DNA from: Sphaerodactylus townsendi
Taxonomy: Eukaryota
Assembly: GCF_021028975.2 (NCBI RefSeq)
Contig: NC_059436.1
Span: 35,402,001 to 35,466,000, forward strand
Direction: 5' to 3'
DNA: 64,000 nt
A program made the translations under genes and the position numbers. Under the pieces are notes generated by a model, which was not told where the DNA came from, made no database searches, and was given only the letters and a program-made list of their open reading frames with translations. This document shows, piece after piece, positions 25,021-37,190 of the stretch. The number at the start of each line of letters is the position of its first letter. The first letter of the stretch is position 1.

Positions 25021-26977
25021 TGCTGGAGTACTGGAGAGAGATTTGCATTTGCTGTTTTGTTATAGATGTTTTTACTGTATGGGAGAATTGTATTGTATTT
25101 GGTCATTGACCGTAAATCAAGACTTTACTTTTACCCGCGACCCCAGTGAGCAGTCAGAGCAGACAGTTATGACCTGGCCGGACCAATAACCAGCTTGGCA
25201 TAAGGCACTTTGGTATGTCAGAGCAGTTAAAAATGAAGGGCCAAATGTTTAAAAAGCCCATATCATCATCACATCACAATTCAAACCTTTCAAAACAAAG
25301 CTATACAAATTCAACATGCAACCTTAAAAAAATGATCTTTTATAAGAAAAGGACTACTCCCCCTATTTAGTCCGTCATTTCTTTTTGGAAAGCAATTTGT
25401 AGTTCTTTTATGAGAAAAGAGCTTCTGAGAAAATAACATCTAAATATATATACTTTTAATATAAAAATTAGATCTAGTCAGTGAAATACAGATTTAATCA
25501 ATTAATGTCATGTGGTTAAACAACCTCTCCTTCCAATGCATAAAGTGTTGGGCTCCCTTTCTCCCTACTGCGCTAGTTTTGTGATCTTCCAGGGATTTTA
25601 ATGCATGGAGAAGGATTTGGCCTTGCTCCTTCCCCACCACCCCTCCCATTCTGAAGTGGGAGAGTCCCAGGAGAGGGCTGTACCATGTGATTCCTGAGGT
25701 GCAGCTCAGCTCTAGAAAGTGGCCACACTTGTCCTTAGAGCAAAAGAACAAGGAACGTGGCAATTAGTGACCCATCCTGGTGTTCACACCCAGCTTCCAG
25801 CTGCAGCTGGTTGTTGAGGAACACGTAGCACGTGCAAGTATCTTCCTCAGTTACAAAGAATCGTCGTCATCAGCAACAGTCTCCTTCCATGCACCTGATT
25901 CATTGCTCTCCTCCCTGTTTCCCTTTTGAAGCCGGATCTGACACCACTGGCAAGCATCTCAGGTTGCTTGCATGCATGTGCCTTTATGAACATGCGGTTC
26001 AGGACCCATCACCCTCCAGAAACGAAGTGTGTGTTCCAAGTATTCCTTTCACCGATAATCTTGGCATTTTTTGAGTTTTTAAAAAACCCTTCAGTGCTCT
26101 TAGGGTGGCATATTCTCCAGAGTAATAGCCAGTGGTGGGGCAGTCAACATTTTGCGCCGGGAAAATTAGCACTGAAATTTTATTTTGCGTTGTTTGCAAA
26201 TCTGGTAGAGGGGCGAGAACAACGGAATCCTGTTCCCTGAATCTTACCCAGATTCTCCCTCCCCCAGCATCTCATGTCTTATGATCTCCCTTTTTCCTGA
26301 CGTATCTTTTCAGCAATAGGAGCTGTTAACTTGTGATATTTTGAAATCACAAACCAAAACAAACACTGTGATTCTGTGCTCAGTTTTGCATTTGGCATTC
26401 CATTTTGGACTCAAGCAGAATTTCAGCCCCGTAGCAGCTAAATATGCATAAGAGATTGCACAAATGATGTCTTACTGAAGGACGGGGGTGTTTATAAATC
26501 TTCTCACAGAGATTGTTTACTAAGGACATAGCAAGCCAGCTTTACTTTCACCTCTGTCTACTGTGCTGGTCAATGGGGAGATGTACCTTTAGTTAACTTG
26601 GCGTGTGTTTTGGCCTTTAGACACTGGGTTTACCCATAGCTCCCTGCCTAATCATTTATCACAGTTATTGGTCTATGTATTCTATGCTTCAACTATCATG
26701 CTGCTCAAGCAAATAATTTTCTTTTAGAGATAGGCTTCAGCATTGGTAGAATCTGTTGTTGTTGTTGTTTTTTAAGTTTCTAGTCCTGGTGGTTTCAGTT
26801 TGTGAGGGCTTCAGCTCCTGGCCCCTCTCCATGGTTAGTGGTTGCAAGATAAATTATGTAAATAGTATTTGTATAATTGATACAAGATGGAGAATTTAGT
26901 TATTCGTCATTGCTTTCAGAATTAGGTAGTTTTTAATGAGTGCAGATATCTGGTGAGCAGATGGAATTCAAGAGTAT

Positions 26978-27220
26978 GAACATAAGAAAGAACCTGCTGG
27001 ATCAGACCAGAGTCCATCTAATCCAGCACTCTGCTACTCGCAGTGGCCCACTAGATGCCTCTGGGAGCTCACATGCAGGAGGTGAAAGCAATGGCCTGCT
27101 GCTGCTGCTGCTGCTGTTCCCGAGCACCTAGTCTGCTAAGGCATTTGCAATCAAGGAAGATCAAGATTGCTAGCTATAGCTTGACTTCTCCATAAATCTG
27201 TCCAAGCCCTTTTTAAAGCT
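26978..27220 (-). mobile_element. CR1 LINE 3' end
   Basis: Matches the 3' UTR and (TTCTTATG)n tail of the copy at 44988. Confidence 0.8.
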
Positions 27221-27795
27221 AAGTAAGGTAAAGATCCCACCCCTTATCCTAAAATCAGCCTTCTAATGAGTCCTATTGGTCATAGATAACATTGTGTTTT
27301 CTTTCCTCTTCTTCCTGTACATTGGAAAATGGGGGGGGGGGGGGCTGTTCTCAGTAGTGCCTCTTGGGGGGGTCCAGATTTGTCCGCACGGCTTCTAGTT
27401 GCTGACCCTGATTATATTGTACCTCACTATAGCCTGGGTTTTAAGTTTTATATAATACATAGTAGAGGTATAGATAGAGAAAGCAGTCTTCCCCAGGGCA
27501 GGAAAGGCTACGTAGCACCAAATTAAGGGGAGCTGGCATAGCATCATGATAGAAAGCACGCAAGCTGTGACCTAAGGGGCCATCATATAGTTATTAGAAG
27601 GCTCTAGGCAATTCTACACAGCTCACCTCTGTTTTTCCCCCTTTCCCATCTGCAATAACAGGTTAATTTTACTAGCCTACATGACAGAGGTGCTGTAAGG
27701 ATTACTGTGAGAAGTCACATGGAAGTGCTCTGAACACAACAAATGCTGTATCTGTGCTGAATGTTATTAGACCATGCTTCTTCCTTGACATGCAG

Positions 27796-27890
27796 GAGGA
27801 CAAGGTTTATGTCCAGCACCGTATCCGGGAGAACAAGAAACTAGTATGGGACCTGGTGAGCCAAGGGAACACGTACATCTACCTGGCTGG
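27796..27890 (+). CDS. NDOR1: NDOR1 coding exon 13 (EDKVYVQHRIRENKKLVWDLV...IYLAG)
   Basis: tgcag|GAG ... GG|gtgagt; KVYVQ motif; 95 nt. Confidence 0.96.
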
Positions 27891-29494
27891 GTGAGTGCCA
27901 AAGAGCAGCAGTGTCGAACGCCTGAACTTTTATGTGCATGCTGGGTGGATTACCTTGCCCATGCTGGCCTGAGACACCCAGCTGGTGTTATCTGCAAAGG
28001 TTTAGTGTATCTAATCCTTGAAACTTGCTCAGAAAAAGCTTGTGTTGGGTTGTTTACGTAACAGGAGCCTTGTGGAATCGAACCTATCAGCATCCTATTC
28101 TATCCCCTTTCCAGTTCCTCAGAAGGCCCACACAGGCCTGCTGTTGTTTCTCCCCACAGCAATGGACAGATGAAGGTATGCTGCCTCTGAAAGTGGAGGC
28201 ACTATTTAGCCACCATGGCTAACCACAATTCATCTAATCCCCTCTTAAAGGCATCTAAGATAATAGCAGTGGATGTCTCTGAAGGCTGAGGGCAGCTTCC
28301 TAGGAAGCTCAGCAAGTACAATACCATAGAGTCTACCCTCCAAACGGGCATTTACTCCAGGCGAATTTATCTCTGTAGTCTCTAATTCCAGGAGGTCCTC
28401 AGGCCCATGTGTAGGTTGACAACCCTAGTCATAACTCATAGGGGTTTGAACAAGCCACGGCTTAAAAGCCGTGGCTGACTGTGATGTCTTAATGCTGCTC
28501 ATGGATATCACACTCCCATTTTGATATAGAGCAGGACCTGAGTGTGGCATTCCTCCCTTCCTGGCCAACGCTCTGTCCTCTACAACATCCTTCTCTTCCT
28601 CTTGTCTGTCTCTGCATTATTTGGCTTACTTACCATTTCTGAGTACCTGTTGTGTATTTGGTCAGTCATCTTTTTGGGTCTGCTCCCGTGGATCTTGATG
28701 GGATCCTCCAAAGTGACAAATCTTTTGCGTGGCACCTCGTACCCGGAACGTGCATTCTCGTGTCACAAGCCCTGTCAGTCCTTGGCTATGACAGGCAGAA
28801 ATTTGATTCAGCTCCCTGTCTCAGGTGGGGGAGCTGTAGGACCGGTTCTCTGGGCAAAACAGGTTCTGTTTCATTCTTGGACATGCAAAGCAGGCTCAGG
28901 AAGCAGGTGGGTGTATGCTTGGCCTGGACAGCAGCCTCCTTCTTGAGCCACTTGGAGATGTCTTCAGAGGTCGAACGTTTTAAAAACAGGCATGCCAAAA
29001 CAGAGACTGGACCATCATCCTAAAAGAGCTGGCAGAGATTCAAAGCATTTAGAGATAATCCAAGTGGCTGAATGTTCAGCTTCCACGTTTTGTTTTGTAA
29101 GATTCCAGCCCCTTTTTGGTTATAGAGAGAGGGAAAGAAAAACATTGATGAAATAGTCCGCCCCCTTGCTCAACAAGAGGGCAACACATTCCCACCTTTT
29201 AGATTTCTGGAAATGAGTGAAAAGGTACCAAGAATGACTGACAAGGCTGTGGTACAAATATGTTTAATTTAATAAAACCAAAATTGCCATTACTGTGTTC
29301 TTTGAGTATTTGAGCTTTGATATTTCTCAATGTCCTACCCGCACTCCTCCAAATTCCTGCTAAGGACCAAATTCCTTCTCCCACCCTGCCAAACATAGGT
29401 ATCATTTTTACTATCATAGCCTACTCAGGGCTGCAAAATGGTTGGGAGCTTAACAACTGTTTCTCCCTTGTAACAAAGACGCTTTTCTTTCTAG

Positions 29495-29639
29495 GAATGC
29501 CAAACAGATGCCAGAGGCAGTGGCAGATGCCCTGAAGTTTGTCTTCCAGTCTGAAGGAGGCCTGTCTGCCTCGGAAGCTGAGGAGTACTTTGCAGCCTTG
29601 GATCGGACCCACCATTTCCAGGCCGAGACCTGGTCTTGA
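29495..29639 (+). CDS. NDOR1: NDOR1 coding exon 14 (NAKQMPEAVADAL...FQAETWS*)
   Basis: ctag|G ... TGA at 29637-29639. Ends in the terminal Trp-Ser typical of diflavin reductases. The 14 exons sum to 1779 nt = 592 aa + stop. Confidence 0.96.
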
Positions 29640-29924
29640 GTTGCAGCAGATACTTAGATGGCAAAGTATGCTTCTTACCCAGGGATGAACAGATGTAGCT
29701 AATGTGGGGAAATCCTGTCCAGACCTTGGCCCAGGCAACCTGCCCCCTGACATATAGCTGTTATGGGAGAGAGGGAATGCTATTTTATTGTCTTTGTGGG
29801 CACCTACCTTTCCCTGGGTAGCCTTTTGTTGAATAATGTTTACACTTAAGAGAAAAAGCTCTAGAAAGGTATCCAGTTAGGATCAGGTCACAAACTCTGA
29901 GGTGTTTATCTTTTTGTTTTTCAA

Positions 29925-29930
29925 AATAAA
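29925..29930 (+). terminator. NDOR1 polyadenylation signal
   Basis: AATAAA 286 nt after the stop, with a U-rich tract upstream and a GU-rich tract (gattgtggttcttgggtg) downstream. Confidence 0.65.
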
Positions 29931-32119
29931 AGATTGTGGTTCTTGGGTGCCAGGCAGTTGACCATGTCATTAAGAACACAAGTCAGCCCAGTGTCTATTT
30001 TGTCTGACAGTCTGCTTCTGTTAGTAGCCAACTCTAATTGTTTCAGGATCTTCCCCATGAGGGGGACTGTTCCTGTAGGGTCTTCTCTTTCTTGTTGTGA
30101 ATTTTCTCTGCATTTCGTCTCATTGTGTGACGAGGTAAAGGGATGTATACTCCAATGGTTGCAGAGAAAGTTGACAGAACGTTTTTTTCTCCACTTCTCA
30201 TAGTACTACAGTTAAGTTTTCCCACCCTCATGAAATTGATTGGCAGAGTTAGGGCTGACCAACAGAAGTACTTCATTATGCAGTGCACAATTAACTTGTG
30301 AAACTCACTGTCACGATACAAGGTGGTGGGCTGTAGAAGGAGATAGCACTCAAAGACTCTTGATTTTTAAATGGAACTCTTGGGTTCAAAGGCAATCCGT
30401 TTCTGAAAATCAGTGCAGCATCTGTGCTGTAATTGCTGAAAGAATATTAAGTTGTGATTTCAGGACTCTGGCTCAAGACCCACCATTGATACAAACTCAC
30501 TAGCACTTTGGCCACTTTGCTATCTCTCCTCTCCCAATCTACAATATGAGGAAAATAATACTGACCTTCCTTACAAGACTGTTGTAAGGTTTGCCAGGAA
30601 GATAATGCATATGAAGCACTTAAAACAGCGAAAACACTCTATAAATGCCAAGTATTTTCTTGTTGCTGGATGACAATCGAAGGTTTTCCCTTTGTGGCTT
30701 TGCTTGAGGGTATTTCCTCAACCGCAGGAAACCAGACGCTGACCTAGGTCTGCTGTGATCTAGCAAGGCTCTCCTGATGTTGTTACCCTAATATTTTTCC
30801 AGCTGGTCAGCTGTTTCAAAGGCACAGGACTCAAAAAGCAGGGTGCCAATTTGGAAATAAAGCGCTGAATATTCTGTAGTTGAATATTCTGTAGTCTTGA
30901 GCTAATTAGTTTTCTGGCGCAAAAGTGGAAGTGTGTTGAGCAGACCCAGTAATTCAGCCCAAGATCGAGCACTCCTGCGCGCGCCCTCGTGTGCGCCTGA
31001 TCTCTTGCTGCAGCTAGTTCTGAGTCCTTATCAGTACATGCTTTTGATGCCTTCATTCCTTCAGGGCAAGATCACCAGGATGCCAGGCTAAGCCTTTCTT
31101 TCCTGATCACCAAGCCTTGCCTGTTGAGCAAGAGCTCAACAAAGCCCAGGAGCTAAGTCAGGACGGTGACCCCATTCACACTGTGGCCTGTGTCAGCCAG
31201 GCCAAGTGTTGCCACAAGGGCAGGGCAAGGGAAGAGAAGTGACTGGCTGGTTTGGGCTGGCCATTACTCTGCTATGAGTCGCTAAGGAAGCAGGAGCTGA
31301 AATAAGAGTATGAGAACAGCCCAGGCAGATCTGACCGAAGGTTCCATGCAGTCCAGCATCCTGTTTGCACCTGTGGCCAACCAGATGATCCTCGTCACTG
31401 TAACAATGTGCACCCCGCCCATCTCCTGGAAATAGCACTCAGGGTGGCTTGCAAAGTTGTTATAAACAAAAACAAAGCAAAAGTGCACACATTAAAGCCT
31501 AATATACAAGGTAGCAATAAAACAGCAGAAACAGGAAAAGCAATAGATCTAAGCTAATAAAAGACTAGAATCTGTTGAAGAATCAAAGGTCTTTGGGAAG
31601 CTCACCAGTGGGTATGAAGGCATTAACTAACCTTTCCTTTGTGGTTTGCTCTCAGGGTATTCAAGGCCAGCTATCTTTATACAAAGCTTCATGTGCATTC
31701 AAGGTTCTTGGGTATTGGGTAACCCCCAGCATCCCTGCCTAAAAGGGTCTCAGGTAGCTGGTGTTGAAAAATGCTTTCCTCTGCCTGACATCCTGGAAGG
31801 CTACTGCCTATTAGAGCAGAAAAATACAGAGCCAGAGGAACTGTAGCTCTGTCTAACTTGGTACAAAGTGGCACCTTTGGTTCCATGTGATAGAAATGGG
31901 TTCTTGGATGCAAAGGTTTCTTCCTCCCTTTCAAAATGATTTTGTTTAAAGTTTGGATTCTGATGATGACCCAGAAAGGCTTCGCTCATTTCCCTGCAAG
32001 TGTTGCTTAATTCTAAAAACACGTAGGACCCTGGACTCTGTGGTTGAAACAAAGCCCTGGAAGGAGGAAGGGAAGAGAGCGGTGCCTGGTGCAAAAATCT
32101 CCGGCCAAAGATTCGCTTA

Positions 32120-32220
32120 ATGGCTGATAAGATGAAAGGAGGCAAACCTGCGGCCCAGGAAGGTTTTACCTGTCAAACCAGCCCCGCCCTCTGGGCCGTG
32201 ACCAGCCTTGGATTGGCAGC
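32120..32220 (+). promoter_or_regulatory. Candidate proximal promoter of the unnamed RING gene
   Basis: GATA site TGATAAG (32125-32131), GC box GCCCCGCCC (32181-32189) and inverted CCAAT box ATTGG (32212-32216), clustered about 400-500 nt upstream of the ORF. Confidence 0.4.
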
Positions 32221-32616
32221 TGTTTTGGTCTGGGCCGAGTTCCTGCTTTGATTCGTGCAGAGTCTTGCAAGTTGATAAACCAGCCTGGCCACAGTCAGAG
32301 CAGTTCACTTGTTGAGCCTGGGAAGATAGAAAAGGCATAACTTGGAGAGCCGGCAGCTCAGAGGAAGCGAAGCCTGGAACCTGCACCGCAGGGCCCCGCC
32401 AGTGGCAGTGAAAGAGGACTTTTCTTGGACGAGGGAAGAACAAACATACCAGGCCTGCTGTGTCTTCTGCCATTTCCTGGGAACCGGATCCTGGCCCGGC
32501 AGCAGGCAGCAGGATTTCAGAAGCAGGCAACATGGAAACCGGTTGGGTGCCATATGTTTACCAGGTATTGAGCGGCAGGAGGTTGTGGCTGAAAAACAGC
32601 AGGACTGCAGGGCAGC

Positions 32617-33801
32617 ATGGATGCCAGCTGTTTTCTTGATACAGAACCTGGGAGCACAATGGCTGGGGCCCTCCTGGAGCCAGGAAGAGCCCTAATGTCA
32701 GAGCCAGCTCTTTCATGTGACCTGGAGAAGGAAGAGGTGTGCTTGAATGTGTGCCCTCCTGGGATCCTTAGCCAGACTGTAGCCCCAGATGTGGAACAGA
32801 GCTGTAACACTTCTCTGTATGCAGAGGCTGCTGAGGACAGACTTGCTGCTGGGGGCCCAACGGTGGAGTTCAGAGCATCAGTGCAGACCCAGTGCAAAGG
32901 AAGTGTCTGTTCAGAAGATCAGGCCACATACCTGGGGAGCTCACAGGAGGACCTGAGCCGTAGCCAGATGGCATTGGCTGAGCAGGGAGATCCAGAACAA
33001 CCTCCTGTTCATCCAAAAGAGTCTTCCTCTGCCTGCTGTCCTGAAGAACACTGGATCCCTTCCACAGCCCCACAGGGAGAGAAGGAAGTGATGCTTGCTC
33101 CCCTTGCAGTGGAGGAAGAGAACTATAGCATCAAAGTTGAGCAACAGCTTTCTTTGGAGGAAAATGGCACTGAGTCAGAACACTTGTTGGACACCAGGGG
33201 CTGTATCCTCAGAGGGGAGCCGGGGTTTGTAACACAGTCCTGCTGCATCCAGGCAGAGGACGACCACGTCGACGAGCAGGAGTGCCCCATTTGTACGGAA
33301 CTGTACGACCAAGACAAGCGCAGGCCAGCCTTGCTGAACTGCAGCCACGTGCTCTGTGGCCAGTGCCTGCGCTCCATCATGGAAGCATCCAGTGCTGCAG
33401 ACATAGGACGGGTGCGCTGCCCCATCTGTCGCCAGAAGACGCCCATGATGGAGTGGGAGATCTGCAGACTGCAAGAGGAGATGCTGTTGATGAGCTCTGA
33501 GCAGAGCCCAGCCGTGGCACCTCCAACTTTCATTGCCTTTCCAGCCCGGCGTCCGGGGGTCTGGGGAAGCCTGGAGCATCACTTCCAGGTCCGCTTCCGC
33601 ACCACCCGCATGGTCGGCTTCCTGCCCTGTCTCCGCTACCCGACTTCCCTTATCAACAGGCTAGGCCACCTGGAGCGCCACTGCCGTTGGGGTTACCGCT
33701 TAGCATTGGTGGGACTGCTAATCTCTGAGATGCTGAGCCTCTTGCTTGTCTTCCTGCCCATCGTTTTGCTGCTATTGCTGTTCCTCATACTGGACAAATA
33801 A
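32617..33801 (+). CDS. Unnamed RING-HC (C3HC4) protein with acidic N-terminal region and hydrophobic C-terminal membrane anchor; RNF152/182/183/186/223-like E3 ligase
   Basis: Intact 394-codon ORF. RING CPIC-x15-C-x-H-x2-C-x2-C-x17-CPIC at 33283-33429; hydrophobic tail LALVGLLISEMLSLLLVFLPIVLLLLLFLIL. A second in-frame ATG with strong Kozak context lies at 32659. Confidence 0.88.
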   Translation: MDASCFLDTEPGSTMAGALLEPGRALMSEPALSCDLEKEEVCLNVCPPGILSQTVAPDVEQSCNTSLYAEAAEDRLAAGGPTVEFRASVQTQCKGSVCSEDQATYLGSSQEDLSRSQMALAEQGDPEQPPVHPKESSSACCPEEHWIPSTAPQGEKEVMLAPLAVEEENYSIKVEQQLSLEENGTESEHLLDTRGCILRGEPGFVTQSCCIQAEDDHVDEQECPICTELYDQDKRRPALLNCSHVLCGQCLRSIMEASSAADIGRVRCPICRQKTPMMEWEICRLQEEMLLMSSEQSPAVAPPTFIAFPARRPGVWGSLEHHFQVRFRTTRMVGFLPCLRYPTSLINRLGHLERHCRWGYRLALVGLLISEMLSLLLVFLPIVLLLLLFLILDK

Positions 33802-34400
33802 AGTTTGAACTGGACTCTTAGCTGAGAGGGAGACTACAGGAACACAGGTTGGCTGATCCATGCAGATCTTCCAGCCCCGGCGGCTCTACTGTCATGAACA
33901 AAACTGCAGTTCATTCACTGATATTTATTCCCATCTTCTTGCTGAACTGAGCCATGGACCATTGTACCTATCAAGATGGTGTTAGGGAAAGCCCACCTTT
34001 TTCTGGCTTCTCTGAAGCGGAGGCTGAGTTGGTGGCCCCGTGGCAGGTTAACGTTTGCTGAAGTGAGAGCGCCCCAAAGTTAGCTCCAAAGTCCAATTAG
34101 CTTCTCCCTTTCTTTGGCCATTCAACAGGTCAAAAGCTTTTGTCTTAAGGACACACTCGCTGCAGGTCAGCTGTTGATGCTCAGAACCATTCTTGCTGCC
34201 TGGTGGGAGGAGCAATTGCAGGAGGGTGACAGTCAGTAGTGCTGCGAAGGAAGTGGAAGGTAGGTTTAGCAGGGCAGAAGTGTCACAGCTAAGACCCAGA
34301 GTGTCTGAGTGTTACTAGTTGGCCTGTGTGGAACACTGAGCCATGGAAAGAGAATGGAGTTGTGTGTGGTGGTGGGGGGGATGTCATACAGGCCCTAGAA

Positions 34401-34585
34401 CAGTGGCTCTCAACCTGTGGGTTGGGACCCCTTTGGGGGTCGAACGACCCTTTCACAGGGGTCGCCTGAGACTCTCTGCATCAGTGTTCTCCATCTGTAA
34501 AATGGATAAATGTTAGGGTGGGGGTCACCACAACATGAGGAACTGTATTAAAGGGTCACGGCATTAGGAAGGTTGAAAACCACTG
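34401..34585 (+). mobile_element. SPIN (Space Invader)/URR1-like non-autonomous hAT element
   Basis: 5' end CAGTGGCTCTCAACCTGTGGGTTGGGACCCCTTTGGGGGTCGAACGACCCTTTCACAGGGGTCGCC. 3' end GGGGGTCACCACAACATGAGGAACTGTATTAAAGGGTCACGGCATTAGGAAGGTTGAAAACCACTG. Perfect 8-bp TSD CCCTAGAA. Confidence 0.85.
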
Positions 34586-36467
34586 CCCTAGAAACTGCCA
34601 TCCTGAAGACTGCTAGGTGCTAGCCTCCTGATGCTGCTAGTCCTCAAGATAAAGTCATTCCCTAAAGCGAAGGCTTTTTTCCCCTGTGTTTATCACGGAA
34701 GCTGTATTGTGTTAGTTTGAGCGAAGCTCAAGGTAATCTTACAATGTCTTAATAACACTGCTGGTGGTGTGTTGAATGCAAGCTCTCACATTTGAAGCCT
34801 GTTTTTGTTCAAAGGGATCCGGATTGTCTGCCTTGTGTCATGTTCAGGGTGGGGGTGCAAAGGAAAGGCTGGGCTGGTCCCGCTTCCTCCGCACGATGCC
34901 AGATGTGTTGCAGTTTGGTTTCTCAAAGGAGAGAAACCTGAATCTCAGTTCTGCCTACAAGATCACTCCCCATTGGAGCCTGATTTCTATTCTTGGTGTA
35001 TGGGGGAGGGGGGGAGGGAGGGAGGGAGAGCTGCAGATTCTCATATCGGAGGGGAAGTCATCCTGCACATGCTCAGATACTTTCTTCCCTGTCATGTGTT
35101 CTATGCACTATAGTCCCTGGCTCAATATCAACCCGGCCCCTTAGCTACCCCACAGTCAAAGGAAGATGCTGGACCAGAGCAGCCCATGTTAGCAACCTTA
35201 ATTGTCCCTTTTCCAAATAAGCTGTAGGAACCCTGTCTTCATTTGCAACTGTTCACCCTCTATTTCCCTTCTTTAAGGCCTCATTTTCACATGTGGCAGA
35301 ATATGGATACCGAACTCAGAGCTAAGACAGAATGTCGGTGCCAGATTCTGCTTTTGAATCTCCTATGCAGTTAGAAAGCCAGCACAACAGGGGAAAGGGT
35401 TCTGCCCCTCTTAGCTTGTTTTGTTGGATTTCTATTTGAAGTGAGTTTTCAGCATGGAAGAGAATTCACAATGTGATCCTCCAGCTACAGCCTTATGTGA
35501 GAGAGGTATTTCTTTTATAGCCACGTGAATACTCTGCTTTTCTCCTTAATGGAGACCCAAAGTAGGCTACAGCATCGTTCTCCATTTCACCCTCACAATG
35601 AGATGCTGAGAGTGCCTGGCCCAAGGTCGTCTAGCAATCTTCCATGACAGAACAAGGATTTGAATCTGGGTCTCCCAAATCTTAGTCCAACATTCTAATC
35701 CTGACACCACTTAATATAGCTTGTTCAGAAAAACAGATGCAACGAAGAGGGAGGAGGGAGCGGCCCGTCTGTTACAAAATGTACACAGAACTCTTAAGCG
35801 ACTGAACAGAACAACCCTGCGAAGACCTTCTGGGGAAAAACAAATGTCGAAAAACAATATTGGGAGTCTGTTGCAGACCATTAAACCAGGGGCGGGCTGT
35901 GGATGATATTCTCCTATGGCAAAAACAAACATGTTTTCACATCTGAAGAGGTGCGGTCTGTTTTTACTGTGTCAGTTTTCTGCATGCGTGAACCAGCTCT
36001 GACTGATGATCCAGCAACAAGAGCAGAAAATGTTGCAATGTGTGGGGTTTTCAGGAATGGCAAGGGTAAATCACTCTGCGCATGCTCAATTTCTCTCTTC
36101 CTGCTAGGTCATGGGTTGGTCTTAATCTCATGTTAAGTCCTGCTTTTGGATTCCCTCCATAACAGAGCGAGGGGAAGTGAAATGGAAAGGAGGCATTTTA
36201 CCCGGGGTCTGCAGGCACACCTAGCTGGCAAAATACATTTCAGGCTTCAGCAGTGCTTCACTATGACTCAGCTAATAATCAGATGTTGTCCACCTGCCCA
36301 GCAAAAACTGTAGCTAATGCTAGGAGGACATGGCACACTTACGATTTGGATGATAATGTAAACTCAGCAGTGGCCAGATGGCTCTTTTGGTGGCTTCCTA
36401 GAGTCAAATTTATCTCAGTATAGTTGGATTTTCCCAGACTTCTGTTGGCTAGAGCAGTATTTCTTTG

Positions 36468-36655
36468 GTATTGTCGAAGGCTTTCATGGCTGGAATCACG
36501 AGGGTGTCATGCATTTTCTGGGTTGCATGGCCGTGTTCCAGCAGCATTTTCTCCTGATGTTTCGCCTGCATGGATGCCAGCCACAGATGCAGGCGAAACG
36601 TCAGGAGAAAATGCTTCTGGAACACGGCCATACAACCTGGAAAACCCACAATACC
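36468..36655. mobile_element. Penelope-like inverted terminal pair
   Basis: - arm at 36468-36571 and + arm at 36573-36650; contains GGCGAAACGTCAGG. Confidence 0.7.
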
Positions 36656-36888
36656 CTAGTATTTCCTGAAATCCTGTGTTTCTGCATATGCTCAAGGCAT
36701 GCCTCTTCCCAAGACGGAGTGCCAGTTCACAGCATTGATTCACACAGCGATACTACAAGCATCCTCATTTGAGAGTAGGGGATTATATTGCACATCTGCT
36801 ACAGAAGTAACTGAATGATTCAGTGCAGAGACTGAGCAGAATTCATTACACACAGAGTACATATCTGCTTAGAAGGAGCACTATAGAT

Positions 36889-37190
36889 CAGTCATTCCCA
36901 ACCAGGGTTCCGGGGCATGTCCCAGGGGTACTGCGGCAATGCTACCACTTTTGCGGTGTCTTCCACCGGTGCCAGCAAGGACGTGGAGCTGGCCCACGGG
37001 GCAGGCCCTGCCACAAGGTCAGCCGCCACTTCTGGCCCCACAGTGCTTCCCTTCACCCTGAGAGGAGAAGGTGGTGGGGGTGGCAAGCAGGGGCACTGGG
37101 AGGGGTAGGTGGGGTGGATGGCAGGGGTACCATGAGATATGAAGAGTGAGGTCAAGGGTACGGTGACATCGAAAATGTTGGGAAACAGTG
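36889..37190. mobile_element. Non-autonomous hAT (Charlie-like) element
   Basis: Imperfect TIRs CAGTCATTCCCAAC / GTTGGGAAACAGTG; perfect 8-bp TSD CTATAGAT. Confidence 0.8.

Noticed and set aside
28542-28946. 134-aa ORF with a hydrophobic N-terminus in NDOR1 intron 13
   Set aside because: GTG start, pyrimidine-rich intronic composition, and no domain or supporting splice structure.
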